The notes: generated from the sequence alone by a model not told the origin. 64,000 bases of DNA from an uncultured Clostridia bacterium (GCA_947584415.1 CANPWN010000001.1:77216-141215); one strand, 5' to 3'. Numbered from the stretch's first letter, positions 57,402 through 64,000 are shown. Translations and numbers: made by a program.

Positions 57402-57710
57402 TTACAGTTTAATCTGGATGTCCACACCTGCAGGAAGGTCAAGCTTCATCATAGCGTCAACGACCTTTGTGGATGGACTGATTATGTCAATTAATCTCTT
57501 GTGAGTCTTGGACTCAAATTGTTCACGACTGTCCTTGTGCATGTGTGGTGAACGAATAACGGTCACGATTTCTCTGTCCGTTGGAAGTGGGATTGGACCA
57601 GCAACTTTTGCACCATTTTTTTCAGCAGCCAAGATGATTCTTCTGCAAGCCTCATCAATCAGCGCATGTTCAAATGATTTAAGTTTAATCCTGATTTTCT
57701 TTGTTGCCAT
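57402..57710 (-). CDS. rpsJ: 30S ribosomal protein S10
   Basis: [17 protein letters not shown]... Confidence 0.96.
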   Translation of the reverse strand: MATKKIRIKLKSFEHALIDEACRRIILAAEKNGAKVAGPIPLPTDREIVTVIRSPHMHKDSREQFESKTHKRLIDIISPSTKVVDAMMKLDLPAGVDIQIKL

Positions 57711-57916
57711 TGTTTTTCCTCCTAGTTTTGGCTATACTGCCTTATTCCACTGCCTTGAAACACCTCTTATACACGCATCCGGGTGTTTCATGCTGTCAGG
57801 CATTAAAAAATGTGGTTTTCAGGTCAGCCGCCTGTGTCATGCACAGACTTGTCCGCTTAAGTTCTCTTTGATTGCCGGTAACCAAAGTAACCTTAGGCAT
57901 CAACCCAATTACACAG
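57711..57916 (-). promoter_or_regulatory. ~205-nt structured 5' leader of the S10 operon
   Basis: Distance between the predicted promoter and rpsJ. Internal hairpins include GAAACACC-N16-GGTGTTTC (57758-57789) and CTGTG-N5-CACAG (57832-57846). Confidence 0.45.
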
Positions 57917-57923
57917 CATAGTT

Positions 57924-57952
57924 ATATTAACATATTAAGGATTTTAAGTCAA
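57924..57952 (-). promoter_or_regulatory. promoter TTGACT-17-TAATAT for the S10 operon
   Basis: Hexamers and exact 17-nt spacing read on the minus strand, preceded by an A-rich tract. Confidence 0.65.
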
Positions 57953-57995
57953 GCATTTTTCAAAAGAAAAATTAAGTTTTTTATAGTTCAAAATC

Positions 57996-58004
57996 TGTGG
58001 ATAA
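57996..58004. promoter_or_regulatory. perfect DnaA-box 9-mer (tgtggataa within tgtggataactt)
   Basis: Lies about 20 nt upstream of a TTAACA-17-ATATAT promoter-like element (58025-58053) preceding the 166-aa gene. Confidence 0.5.
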
Positions 58005-58073
58005 CTTTTTTCTAAACATAGGTTTTAACAAATTTTTGGCGAAGTGAATATATAGGAAGAAAAGGAGATTTGT

Positions 58074-58574
58074 ATGCCTTGCATTAATGACAATAATAAC
58101 GGCTTTTACACAGGCCCTTATTATCCAAGACCATTTTTTATTGCACCAGAAAATCAAAGTGGCTCAAACAATGTTGTCAACCCTGCCCGCTCGGAAGAAT
58201 GGGGCTTTTTTGTTGGTCTGCCAACAACGGTCGCAAATGGCGGAACTGTTCCATTAACATTAAACGCAAGCACAGGAACTGCAGTCAGCCAACAAAACGC
58301 TGGGGTTGTCAGCATAACAACGGGCAGTTATCAAGTGTCTTACAACATCACCGCATCCTCCGCCACCGACCCAATGCAATTTGGAGTTGAACTTAACGGC
58401 ACAATCCTTCCATTCACAGTGGTGACTGCAACAAGCGGCGGCTCAGATGTCACGCTTTCAAACTCTGTCATCATCACCGCGCCATCAAACTCGACATTAA
58501 GACTTGTCAACTTGACGGCAGGAAATGCAGATGTGGCAATATCGTCAATGGCGGTGACAAAACTTTTAAATTAG
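58074..58574 (+). CDS. small protein with BclA-C-terminal-like (C1q/TNF-like jelly-roll) domain; possible spore-surface protein
   Basis: The pattern ...VPLTLNASTGTAVS...GSYQVSYNITA...VELNGT...TLSNSVIITAPSNSTLRLVNLT...SSMAVTKL parallels the BclA CTD strand pattern. No collagen GXX repeats. SD AAAGGAG present. Confidence 0.5.
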   Translation: MPCINDNNNGFYTGPYYPRPFFIAPENQSGSNNVVNPARSEEWGFFVGLPTTVANGGTVPLTLNASTGTAVSQQNAGVVSITTGSYQVSYNITASSATDPMQFGVELNGTILPFTVVTATSGGSDVTLSNSVIITAPSNSTLRLVNLTAGNADVAISSMAVTKLLN

Positions 58575-58662
58575 TCAAAATTCTCTTTCATTTTTTGCGG
58601 CGGCAGAGTATAATGAAAATGAAAAAGGCATAGCCTAAATATATCAAAAGGAGGGACAAAGT

Positions 58663-58809
58663 ATGGACTTGGGTGAATTCAGAGATTTTAAAGAAGCATA
58701 TTGGAAAATGTTTGAAGAATCCGGAGATATAAATCTTGCGCGTCTTTTGATTGAAGAAGAGGGCTATGCCAAGCAAAGAGAACCTCACGAGGAGGAATTA
58801 TTTAGATAA
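58663..58809 (+). CDS. yqzL: YqzL-like small protein (48 aa)
   Basis: Hand translation gives MDLGEFRDFKEAYWKMFEESGDINLARLLIEEEGYAKQREPHEEELFR. Strong SD AAAGGAGGG. Position immediately upstream of recO matches Bacillus. The W-K-x-F-x2-S/T-G motif is present. Confidence 0.6.
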   Translation: MDLGEFRDFKEAYWKMFEESGDINLARLLIEEEGYAKQREPHEEELFR

Positions 58810-58810
58810 A

Positions 58811-59521
58811 ATGGCAAGCACAAAAGTCAAAGCCCTTGTGATTGAAGCCAAGGACAGCAAAGAAAAGGACAAGCAGGTCACCCTTTATTCCCTTGAAGAA
58901 GGCAAACTTTATGTATATTTTAAAGGTGTGCGCGGTGACAAAGCCAAGATGAAAGCAGGCAAAGAGATTTTCACCTTCGGCGAATTTGTCGTGGAAGAAG
59001 GAAAGGCAAATAATATTGTGACCGAAGCGAACATAATTGACAGCTTTCTCCCCTTGCGTGAAAATTTGGACAAATATTATGAGGCCTGCTCTTGCATCGA
59101 CATTTTGAAAAAGATATCAAACACATCAGACCCTGTCCTGTTTTTAGAGACCATCAAAACGCTCAAAGCCATCTCTTATGACAATTCGCCAAAATATTAT
59201 GCACTTATAAAATATCTGCTTTCTATTTTCAAAAACATGGGCTACAATTTGGATTTTAACACCTGCTCAAGTTGCCACGCAAAATTGACAGGGAAAAAAT
59301 ATCTCAACCTTGACTATGGCGAAATAGTTTGTGCAAATTGCAGACGCGCCACCTCAGTAGAAGTCAAAAATGAAGCGCTCTCCGCCATGAAGCTTATCTT
59401 AAACACCGACTACGACCGACTTCACACACTCAAACTTGGTGGCAACGGCGAAGTCAAAGCCCTCAATATTCTCTCAGAAAACTTTGAGTGGCGATTTAAT
59501 ACAAGCTTCTTTATGGAATAA
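58811..59521 (+). CDS. recO: DNA repair protein RecO
   Basis: OB-fold N-terminus and zinc motif CSSCH...CANCRR. ATG 58811 lies right after the yqzL stop. Confidence 0.85.
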   Translation: MASTKVKALVIEAKDSKEKDKQVTLYSLEEGKLYVYFKGVRGDKAKMKAGKEIFTFGEFVVEEGKANNIVTEANIIDSFLPLRENLDKYYEACSCIDILKKISNTSDPVLFLETIKTLKAISYDNSPKYYALIKYLLSIFKNMGYNLDFNTCSSCHAKLTGKKYLNLDYGEIVCANCRRATSVEVKNEALSAMKLILNTDYDRLHTLKLGGNGEVKALNILSENFEWRFNTSFFME

Positions 59522-59525
59522 AAAA

Positions 59526-59549
59526 ACAAGGCTTATTTGCCTTGTTTTT
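59526..59549. terminator. terminator hairpin between recO and a convergent small ORF
   Basis: acaaggc-ttattt-gccttgt plus a T-run. Confidence 0.65.
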
Positions 59550-59646
59550 GTTGTTTTTTTGCTTTCTTGTAAGTCTTGAGGACAAAATCTTTGTTTTGTT
59601 TGTAATCCTCATCCAAGATATCCATTAATTGTTCTGTGCTTATCAT
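59533..59646 (-). CDS. possible 37-aa basic-tailed small protein
   Basis: Hand translation gives MISTEQLMDILDEDYKQNKDFVLKTYKKAKKQQKQGK. Strong SD TAGGAGGTCGAT; sits 10 nt after the stop of the 169-aa gene. Confidence 0.35.
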   Translation of the reverse strand: MISTEQLMDILDEDYKQNKDFVLKTYKKAKKQQKQGK

Positions 59647-59655
59647 ATCGACCTC

Positions 59656-60165
59656 CTATATATCCAGTTTATCGAGAGTATCGCCAACGACGTCTTTGCT
59701 TATGCCAAGGATCTTTTGCATAGCGATTGTAGGCACTTCTGCTTGAATGGCGCCGCTCATATTTTGTGCAAGACTTTCCACTTTTTCAGGCATAGAGCCA
59801 ATTATGTATCGAGACATCTTTTTAATGTGAGGCAATGCGTTTCTAACCTGTTCGGCGGTTTGAATACCCATTTTGTCCAAGTCCGTTGCAAAAGTTTCTA
59901 CCATTTTGGCATAAGTCACAGAATGCCTTGCATTCTCTGGACCTAACATTGACAACGCTAAGTTTACTGAGGTATAACTTATAGCAGCGCTTAATGTGCC
60001 ATCCAGATTCAGAAGCATCTTCATTGGCAAAGTTCCAAATTCCGACGTGCTGGTTTGACCATTTTTTAGAATGTCTTCTTGCACTTCGGTAAACTTTGCA
60101 CTTTTGCTAAGCAGCTCCAAAACCTCCTCTCTTTCTTCTTCGCTTTTCCACCATTGTTCTGACAT
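59656..60165 (-). CDS. hypothetical protein (169 aa)
   Basis: ATG 60165 (MSEQWWKSEEE) follows AAAGGAGGAAAAACAC. No known motif. Confidence 0.55.
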   Translation of the reverse strand: MSEQWWKSEEEREEVLELLSKSAKFTEVQEDILKNGQTSTSEFGTLPMKMLLNLDGTLSAAISYTSVNLALSMLGPENARHSVTYAKMVETFATDLDKMGIQTAEQVRNALPHIKKMSRYIIGSMPEKVESLAQNMSGAIQAEVPTIAMQKILGISKDVVGDTLDKLDI

Positions 60166-60198
60166 GTGTTTTTCCTCCTTTTGCAAATTTACTTGATT

Positions 60199-60217
60199 TG
60201 TGGATAACTTATCCACA
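60199..60217. promoter_or_regulatory. 19-bp perfect palindrome made of two inverted DnaA-box 9-mers
   Basis: TGTGGATAA-C-TTATCCACA, located in the 5' UTR/operator position of the 169-aa gene. Confidence 0.6.
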
Positions 60218-60242
60218 TTTCTTTGCTTTTTGCCACAAAAAT

Positions 60243-60275
60243 AGTATACTCCAGCCAGCCAGCCAGCCTTGTCAA
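60243..60275 (-). promoter_or_regulatory. TTGACA / TATACT promoter hexamers separated by a 21-nt spacer
   Basis: Minus strand reads TTGACA-AGG(CTGG)4AG-TATACT. Confidence 0.5.
60251..60268. repeat. tetranucleotide repeat (CCAG)4.5 / (CTGG)4
   Basis: ccagccagccagccagcc read directly. Confidence 0.95.
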
Positions 60276-60381
60276 GGTTTTTTTTGAAAATTTTTTAAAT
60301 TTTTGTTATGTCCAAATTGTGGAAAACTTTTTTGTATGCAAATGTATTTTTTTGTCCATAAATTTCATGGAGGAAAATTGT

Positions 60382-61629
60382 ATGAACCCATTAAAAGTTA
60401 AAACAAAAGAAGTCGACAAAAACAATATTGATTTTGAAAGGATGTATCCAAAGGCTTACAATAAAAATAAAACAAGTCCCTACACAAAAACACGTGTCAT
60501 TTTGCTCAACGGGACAGAATACGAAAGTGTATGGTTTTTGCATCAATTTGCAAGACACTGCAATAATGATGAAATCAAACGCGCAATTTCAGTTGTCCGA
60601 AATCAAGAGCAGCAACAACAAAAGCGCATCGCCTGTCTTAAGCCCCTCAACGAAAGCATTTTGGAAACGACAATTGCTTATGAGCAACTTGCAATCGACT
60701 TGACTGCGACACTTGCTCAAAATGATGTGAGCAAGAACAATCGTGAAGCCTTGAATTTTGCACTTTTGGAGGACTTTGACCACCTTTATCGCTTCAGCAA
60801 TCTTATGCTTTTGGATGTCAAAGGCGCAAAGCCTGATTTTTTAGTCGGCAAATTCACGGAAATCACACCCGGCAGGCCGACTCTTGCACATTATCGCTAT
60901 CCTATGGATAATGTCAAAAAACCTATGACGGCAGAAAAAAGCGACCTATACTCATGCCTTGTTGCAAACATTATTACTGCTGCCGAACAACAGACAATGA
61001 ACTATTATATGAATATCAGTCAGTGGTATAAAAATGATTTAGGTAGACGCCTTTATGCTGAAATTGGGATGGTCGAAGAGGAACATGTCACACAGTATGA
61101 AAGTTTGAAGGACCCAACCCTGACCTGGCTTCAACAATGGGTGCTGCACGAATACACCGAGGCATATTTATATTTCAGCGCTCTTTCCGAAGAAAAGGAC
61201 AATTATATCAAGAAAATTTGGCAAGAGCATTATGAAATGGAGTGCGCTCACCTCGCCCTCGCCTGCAAAATGCTGACCAAGTTTGAAAAAACTTCTGTTT
61301 ACTCACTTGTTGGCAACGGCGAATTTCCAAAACTTTTAACGCTCGGCACAAATAAGCAATATGTTCGTGATGTTTTGGAAAGAACCATTTTGCTAACCGG
61401 CGACAGACAAAGCTATATTGACATCATGCACCTAAAACCGAACGCCGATTTTTTCCTTTATCAAGATGAAATGATAAAAAATGATAAAAAAATTGCCAGC
61501 CATGAAGTTATTGCAAAAGTGATTGAAAAATTCGGAACTGACTATCGCTATGAGGACAGCCCTAACCCAGTGAAAGCCCTGCAAAACCGCAAAAAAGACA
61601 ACACAACTTTGGCAAGAAAACAAAAATAA
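60382..61629 (+). CDS. ferritin-like (di-iron carboxylate four-helix-bundle) domain protein, 415 aa
   Basis: ATG 60382 follows GGAGGAAAATTGT. Paired E...ExxH motifs are present (LEDFDHL; AAEQQT...VEEEHV). Exact family not recognised. Confidence 0.55.
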   Translation: MNPLKVKTKEVDKNNIDFERMYPKAYNKNKTSPYTKTRVILLNGTEYESVWFLHQFARHCNNDEIKRAISVVRNQEQQQQKRIACLKPLNESILETTIAYEQLAIDLTATLAQNDVSKNNREALNFALLEDFDHLYRFSNLMLLDVKGAKPDFLVGKFTEITPGRPTLAHYRYPMDNVKKPMTAEKSDLYSCLVANIITAAEQQTMNYYMNISQWYKNDLGRRLYAEIGMVEEEHVTQYESLKDPTLTWLQQWVLHEYTEAYLYFSALSEEKDNYIKKIWQEHYEMECAHLALACKMLTKFEKTSVYSLVGNGEFPKLLTLGTNKQYVRDVLERTILLTGDRQSYIDIMHLKPNADFFLYQDEMIKNDKKIASHEVIAKVIEKFGTDYRYEDSPNPVKALQNRKKDNTTLARKQK

Positions 61630-61648
61630 CCGCTTAAAGCGGTTTTTT
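61628..61648 (+). terminator. rho-independent terminator after the ferritin-like gene
   Basis: accgc-ttaaa-gcggt plus TTTTT. Confidence 0.65.
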
Positions 61649-61658
61649 GGTTTGCCCT

Positions 61659-61702
61659 GACGCAGTTGCATCTTCCACCAGACGCGTTGCAACGCAACAC
61701 AT
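61659..61702 (+). repeat. 44-bp direct repeat, copy 1 (contains palindrome GCGTTGCAACGC)
   Basis: gacgcagttgcatcttccaccagacgcgttgcaacgcaacacat; 42/44 identical to copy 2. Confidence 0.85.
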
Positions 61703-61884
61703 GAGGCTATATCAAGCCGGGCGAGTTTGCTTGCAAGGACGAGCCTCGGTGTAGATATATCTTCCACCAAATCGCTTGCAACTGCAAGCCTTTTGCTGAA
61801 AGCAAAAGAAAAACACGGCAACAAAAAAAGTTTGAAGTGGAAGTATTAGACAAGGAGAAAAATCTTGCTTGCAAGGGATTTTTC

Positions 61885-61928
61885 GACGCAGTCGCATCTT
61901 CCACCAGACGCGTTGCAACGCAACGCAT
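61885..61928 (+). repeat. 44-bp direct repeat, copy 2
   Basis: gacgcagtcgcatcttccaccagacgcgttgcaacgcaacgcat. Confidence 0.85.
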
Positions 61929-61941
61929 TTTTGCCAAATGC

Positions 61942-61968
61942 AAAAAAAAACACGGCGTTGCCGTGTTT
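61942..61968 (-). terminator. rho-independent terminator after tRNA-Val
   Basis: aaacacggc-gtt-gccgtgttt with a 9-T run on the minus strand. Confidence 0.8.
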
Positions 61969-61971
61969 GTC

Positions 61972-62047
61972 TGGTGGAAGTTATAGGGCTCGAACCTATG
62001 ACCCTCTGCTTGTAAGGCAGATGCTCTCCCAGCTGAGCTAAACTTCC
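61972..62047 (-). tRNA. tRNA-Val (anticodon UAC)
   Basis: Acceptor GGAAGTT/AACTTCC, anticodon loop CTTACAA, T-arm ATAGGTTCGAGCCCTAT, CCA. Confidence 0.88.
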
Positions 62048-62065
62048 ATTTGGGAATGCATGAAT

Positions 62066-62094
62066 AATATATCAAATTAAAAAATCTTTGTCAA
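62066..62094 (-). promoter_or_regulatory. promoter TTGACA-17-TATATT (TGn extended -10) for tRNA-Val
   Basis: Read on the minus strand; the -10 ends about 18 nt before the tRNA. Confidence 0.7.
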
Positions 62095-62111
62095 CAGATT
62101 TTTCAAAAAAA

Positions 62112-62138
62112 ATAAAAAAGCCTCTATTAAAAGAGGCC
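62112..62138 (-). terminator. rho-independent terminator after the surface-protein gene
   Basis: gcctct-attaaa-agaggc with a T-run on the minus strand. Confidence 0.65.
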
Positions 62139-62149
62139 CTTTATATTTT

Positions 62150-64000
62150 TTAATCAGCAAGTGTTATTGAAATATCCAAAACAATTTGTGCTTCAGTTTG
62201 AATTGATTTTGCGTATGTTGCCATAATCGCTTCCAAAGTGAAGTTCTTGTAATCTGCTGCAACGCCATTGTATGGTCTGTTATCTCCTGTCACACCTGTT
62301 CCAGAAATGTTAAGTGTGTAAGATGTAATTTCTTTTCCAACAGTAAACTCTTTGATTAAATCTTCCATTTTTATGGTTGAAAGCATTGTGTTGTCGTCAA
62401 TAACCTTTGTATCATTTCCGCCGCTAATTATATTCCAGTTGATTGTCAAGGAAGCAAATGTCCACTCCCAAACGCCATCAACTTCAACATCAATTGTGCC
62501 AGTCACGCCTTTGTTTGCAAGAACAGCATTTAAACCAGTGTTTGCTTTTTCTGCATCAACAAAGAAGTTATCTTTGAACTTGTAGGTCTGTCCATCAAGT
62601 TTAATTCCAACAAGTTTATAGAAGGACATTACATGGTTTGGAAGTTTGTCTTTATCAAAACCAGTGATAACATTGTAAACAAATTCGTTTGAAATGTCTT
62701 CAGTGTGTTGTGCGTCCTTAACAATAAACTTATATTTTGCTTGTTTTTGTTGTTCAAATTTAACTGGAACAATCTCAAAATTCAAAGTGATTTCTGCATC
62801 TTTTTCAATTGCAGTTGTCACTGAAGTCAACAAGGTTTCCAAGTTGGTGGTTTGATAGTCGCCCGCCAAAGAAAAGGTTCTCTCAGTTGATGTTACACCT
62901 GTTCCAGAAGCAGAAACAGTGATTGAAGCAACTTCACCAAGACCTGGGATTTCTGCGAAAATGTCGCTAACTGTTTTTGTTGTGAGCATTGTGTCTTTGT
63001 CAATTGGAATAACATCATTATTGCCACCTCTTACATTCCAAGTGCAGTTAAGAGATTTGATGTTCCACTCCCAAATGCCTTCAACATTAACATTAACAAT
63101 ATCTCCCATGCCCTTTCCTGCAAGAACTTTGTTAATGCCGCTTTCATCACTTGCGCCTTCAAATTTATTTTCATTGAACCTGTAGGAAACTCCGTCCAAC
63201 TTTATGCCAACAAGTTTGTATAAGGAATCATACTTGTGTTTTGGAAGAGTTTGAGCATCAAAACCGCTCAAGCAGTTGTAATCAAAGGTGTTAGGAGTTG
63301 TTCTGGAATCTGTAACACTGAACTTGTAATTTGTGTTTTTCTGTTCAATGTATTTTGCAGTGAATTCATAGTTTCCAGCACCAAGAGTAAGTTTATCTCC
63401 CGGCTTATAGTCTTTTCCACCATTGGTCCAGCCGTTAAATTTATTCCAGCCATCTTTGTAATAATCACTGCCAGTTTCCAAAGCGCTGCCAAATTTTGCT
63501 TCTGAAACAGTTCTTGTAACTCTTTCGCTTGTAGCACTCTTTTCAACATAGGTTATGTTATATCTAATCAAACTAAACTTTACTGTAAGTGTAACATCCT
63601 CAGTAAGTTTTCCGCTGAAGGTGTATGATGTGGAATTAGGCACTGTTTGTGAAGAATCAATCCAAGTTGGAACATTGTAGCCAACGCCTGGAGTTGCATC
63701 AAAACGAACGCCGCTGATATCCTTTCTCACATACCAAACATTTCCATTGTGGTTTACTAAATTTGCAAAATTGTCATTAACTTTGATTGTTGCTTCAGTA
63801 GCCCCTGCTGCTGCAACTTCGCTGACAGGAACATCATATTCAACATTGATTGTTACAGAATAAGAATCATAAGGTTTGAAATTAGCAACAACATTTAATT
63901 CCTTTGCATTAGCATTAAAGCTTTCACCTTCAATTGGTTGGCCATTTAAAGTCCAGCCAGTAAAATCATATAAGGTTGTTGCGGCAATTTCAGGCTTTTT
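62150..64000 (-). CDS. large surface/secreted repeat protein, C-terminal part (gene continues beyond right edge)
   Basis: The frame stays open from 63730 to 64000 by hand translation (...YDFTGWTLNGQPIEG...VNHNGNVWYVRKDISG), so the track M at 63730 is an internal GTG. Contains Listeria-Bacteroides-type repeats (F.GW...G..Y.PGD...) and two ~195-aa tandem modules. Confidence 0.7.
   Translation of the reverse strand, partial: KKPEIAATTLYDFTGWTLNGQPIEGESFNANAKELNVVANFKPYDSYSVTINVEYDVPVSEVAAAGATEATIKVNDNFANLVNHNGNVWYVRKDISGVRFDATPGVGYNVPTWIDSSQTVPNSTSYTFSGKLTEDVTLTVKFSLIRYNITYVEKSATSERVTRTVSEAKFGSALETGSDYYKDGWNKFNGWTNGGKDYKPGDKLTLGAGNYEFTAKYIEQKNTNYKFSVTDSRTTPNTFDYNCLSGFDAQTLPKHKYDSLYKLVGIKLDGVSYRFNENKFEGASDESGINKVLAGKGMGDIVNVNVEGIWEWNIKSLNCTWNVRGGNNDVIPIDKDTMLTTKTVSDIFAEIPGLGEVASITVSASGTGVTSTERTFSLAGDYQTTNLETLLTSVTTAIEKDAEITLNFEIVPVKFEQQKQAKYKFIVKDAQHTEDISNEFVYNVITGFDKDKLPNHVMSFYKLVGIKLDGQTYKFKDNFFVDAEKANTGLNAVLANKGVTGTIDVEVDGVWEWTFASLTINWNIISGGNDTKVIDDNTMLSTIKMEDLIKEFTVGKEITSYTLNISGTGVTGDNRPYNGVAADYKNFTLEAIMATYAKSIQTEAQIVLDISITLAD

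Noticed and set aside
60223-60381. N-terminal extension of the ferritin-like ORF, which would put the CCAG repeat in coding sequence
   Set aside because: The TTG at 60223 has no SD and the translation is AT-rich nonsense (FFENFLNFCYVQIVENFF...). A strong GGAGGA SD precedes ATG 60382.
61671-61680. CTTCCACCA repeats as att-site remnants of integration into tRNA-Val
   Set aside because: The copies are inverted relative to the tRNA 3' end, whereas att duplications are direct repeats. No integrase is nearby.
61432-62075. Minus-strand ORFs of 130, 122 and 68 aa
   Set aside because: They span the 3' end of the ferritin-like gene in antisense, the palindromic repeat block and tRNA-Val. No SD is present, and the frames are kept open only by GC-rich repeats.
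1-64000. CRISPR arrays, rRNA genes, prophage or IS elements
   Set aside because: No regularly spaced direct repeats, no 16S/23S/5S signatures, and no phage or transposase-like ORFs were seen anywhere in the window.

Overview
64-kb chromosomal segment of a low-GC, endospore-forming Firmicutes (Clostridia-like) bacterium, transcribed almost entirely on the minus strand.

**Left third:** ddl (partial) and murF, spoVG, a 1242-aa GLUG-repeat surface protein, sleB-ypeB, spoIIR, veg, an MFS transporter, and the conserved priA-def-fmt-rlmN-rsgA-rpe block plus rpoZ.

**Middle:** a 658-aa secreted protein, ppdK, two tRNA loci (Gln; Gly-Arg-His-Gln...Lys), small accessory genes, and an AT-rich Type III R-M pair (mod-res) next to tRNA-Lys. 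These are followed by pfkA-dnaE-whiA-PHP-murB.

**Right third:** a complete S10-spc-alpha cluster of 32 genes (rpsJ to rplQ, including secY, adk, map, infA, rpoA). Then come a BclA-C-terminal-like gene, yqzL-recO, a divergent hypothetical/ferritin-like pair, tRNA-Val, and a large repeat surface protein that runs off the right edge.

No rRNA, CRISPR array, transposase or integrase was seen.

**Most interesting observations:**
1. A G10 homopolymer lies between a good SD+ATG and the 658-aa secreted-protein ORF. One extra G would fuse them, which suggests a phase-variation switch or an assembly frameshift.
2. A (CTGG)4 tetranucleotide repeat forms the 21-nt spacer of an otherwise perfect TTGACA/TATACT promoter. 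Losing one unit would give the optimal 17 nt.
3. Perfect DnaA-box 9-mers (TTATCCACA), including a 19-bp palindrome, occur only in the regulatory regions of three non-core loci.
4. Covarying hairpin repeat families fill unusually long spacers beside tRNA genes.
5. MurF has a membrane-spanning N-terminus, and L24 carries a Cys4 ribbon and a 110-aa K/A/T-rich tail.

All calls come from reading the sequence and the supplied translations. No database search was possible.
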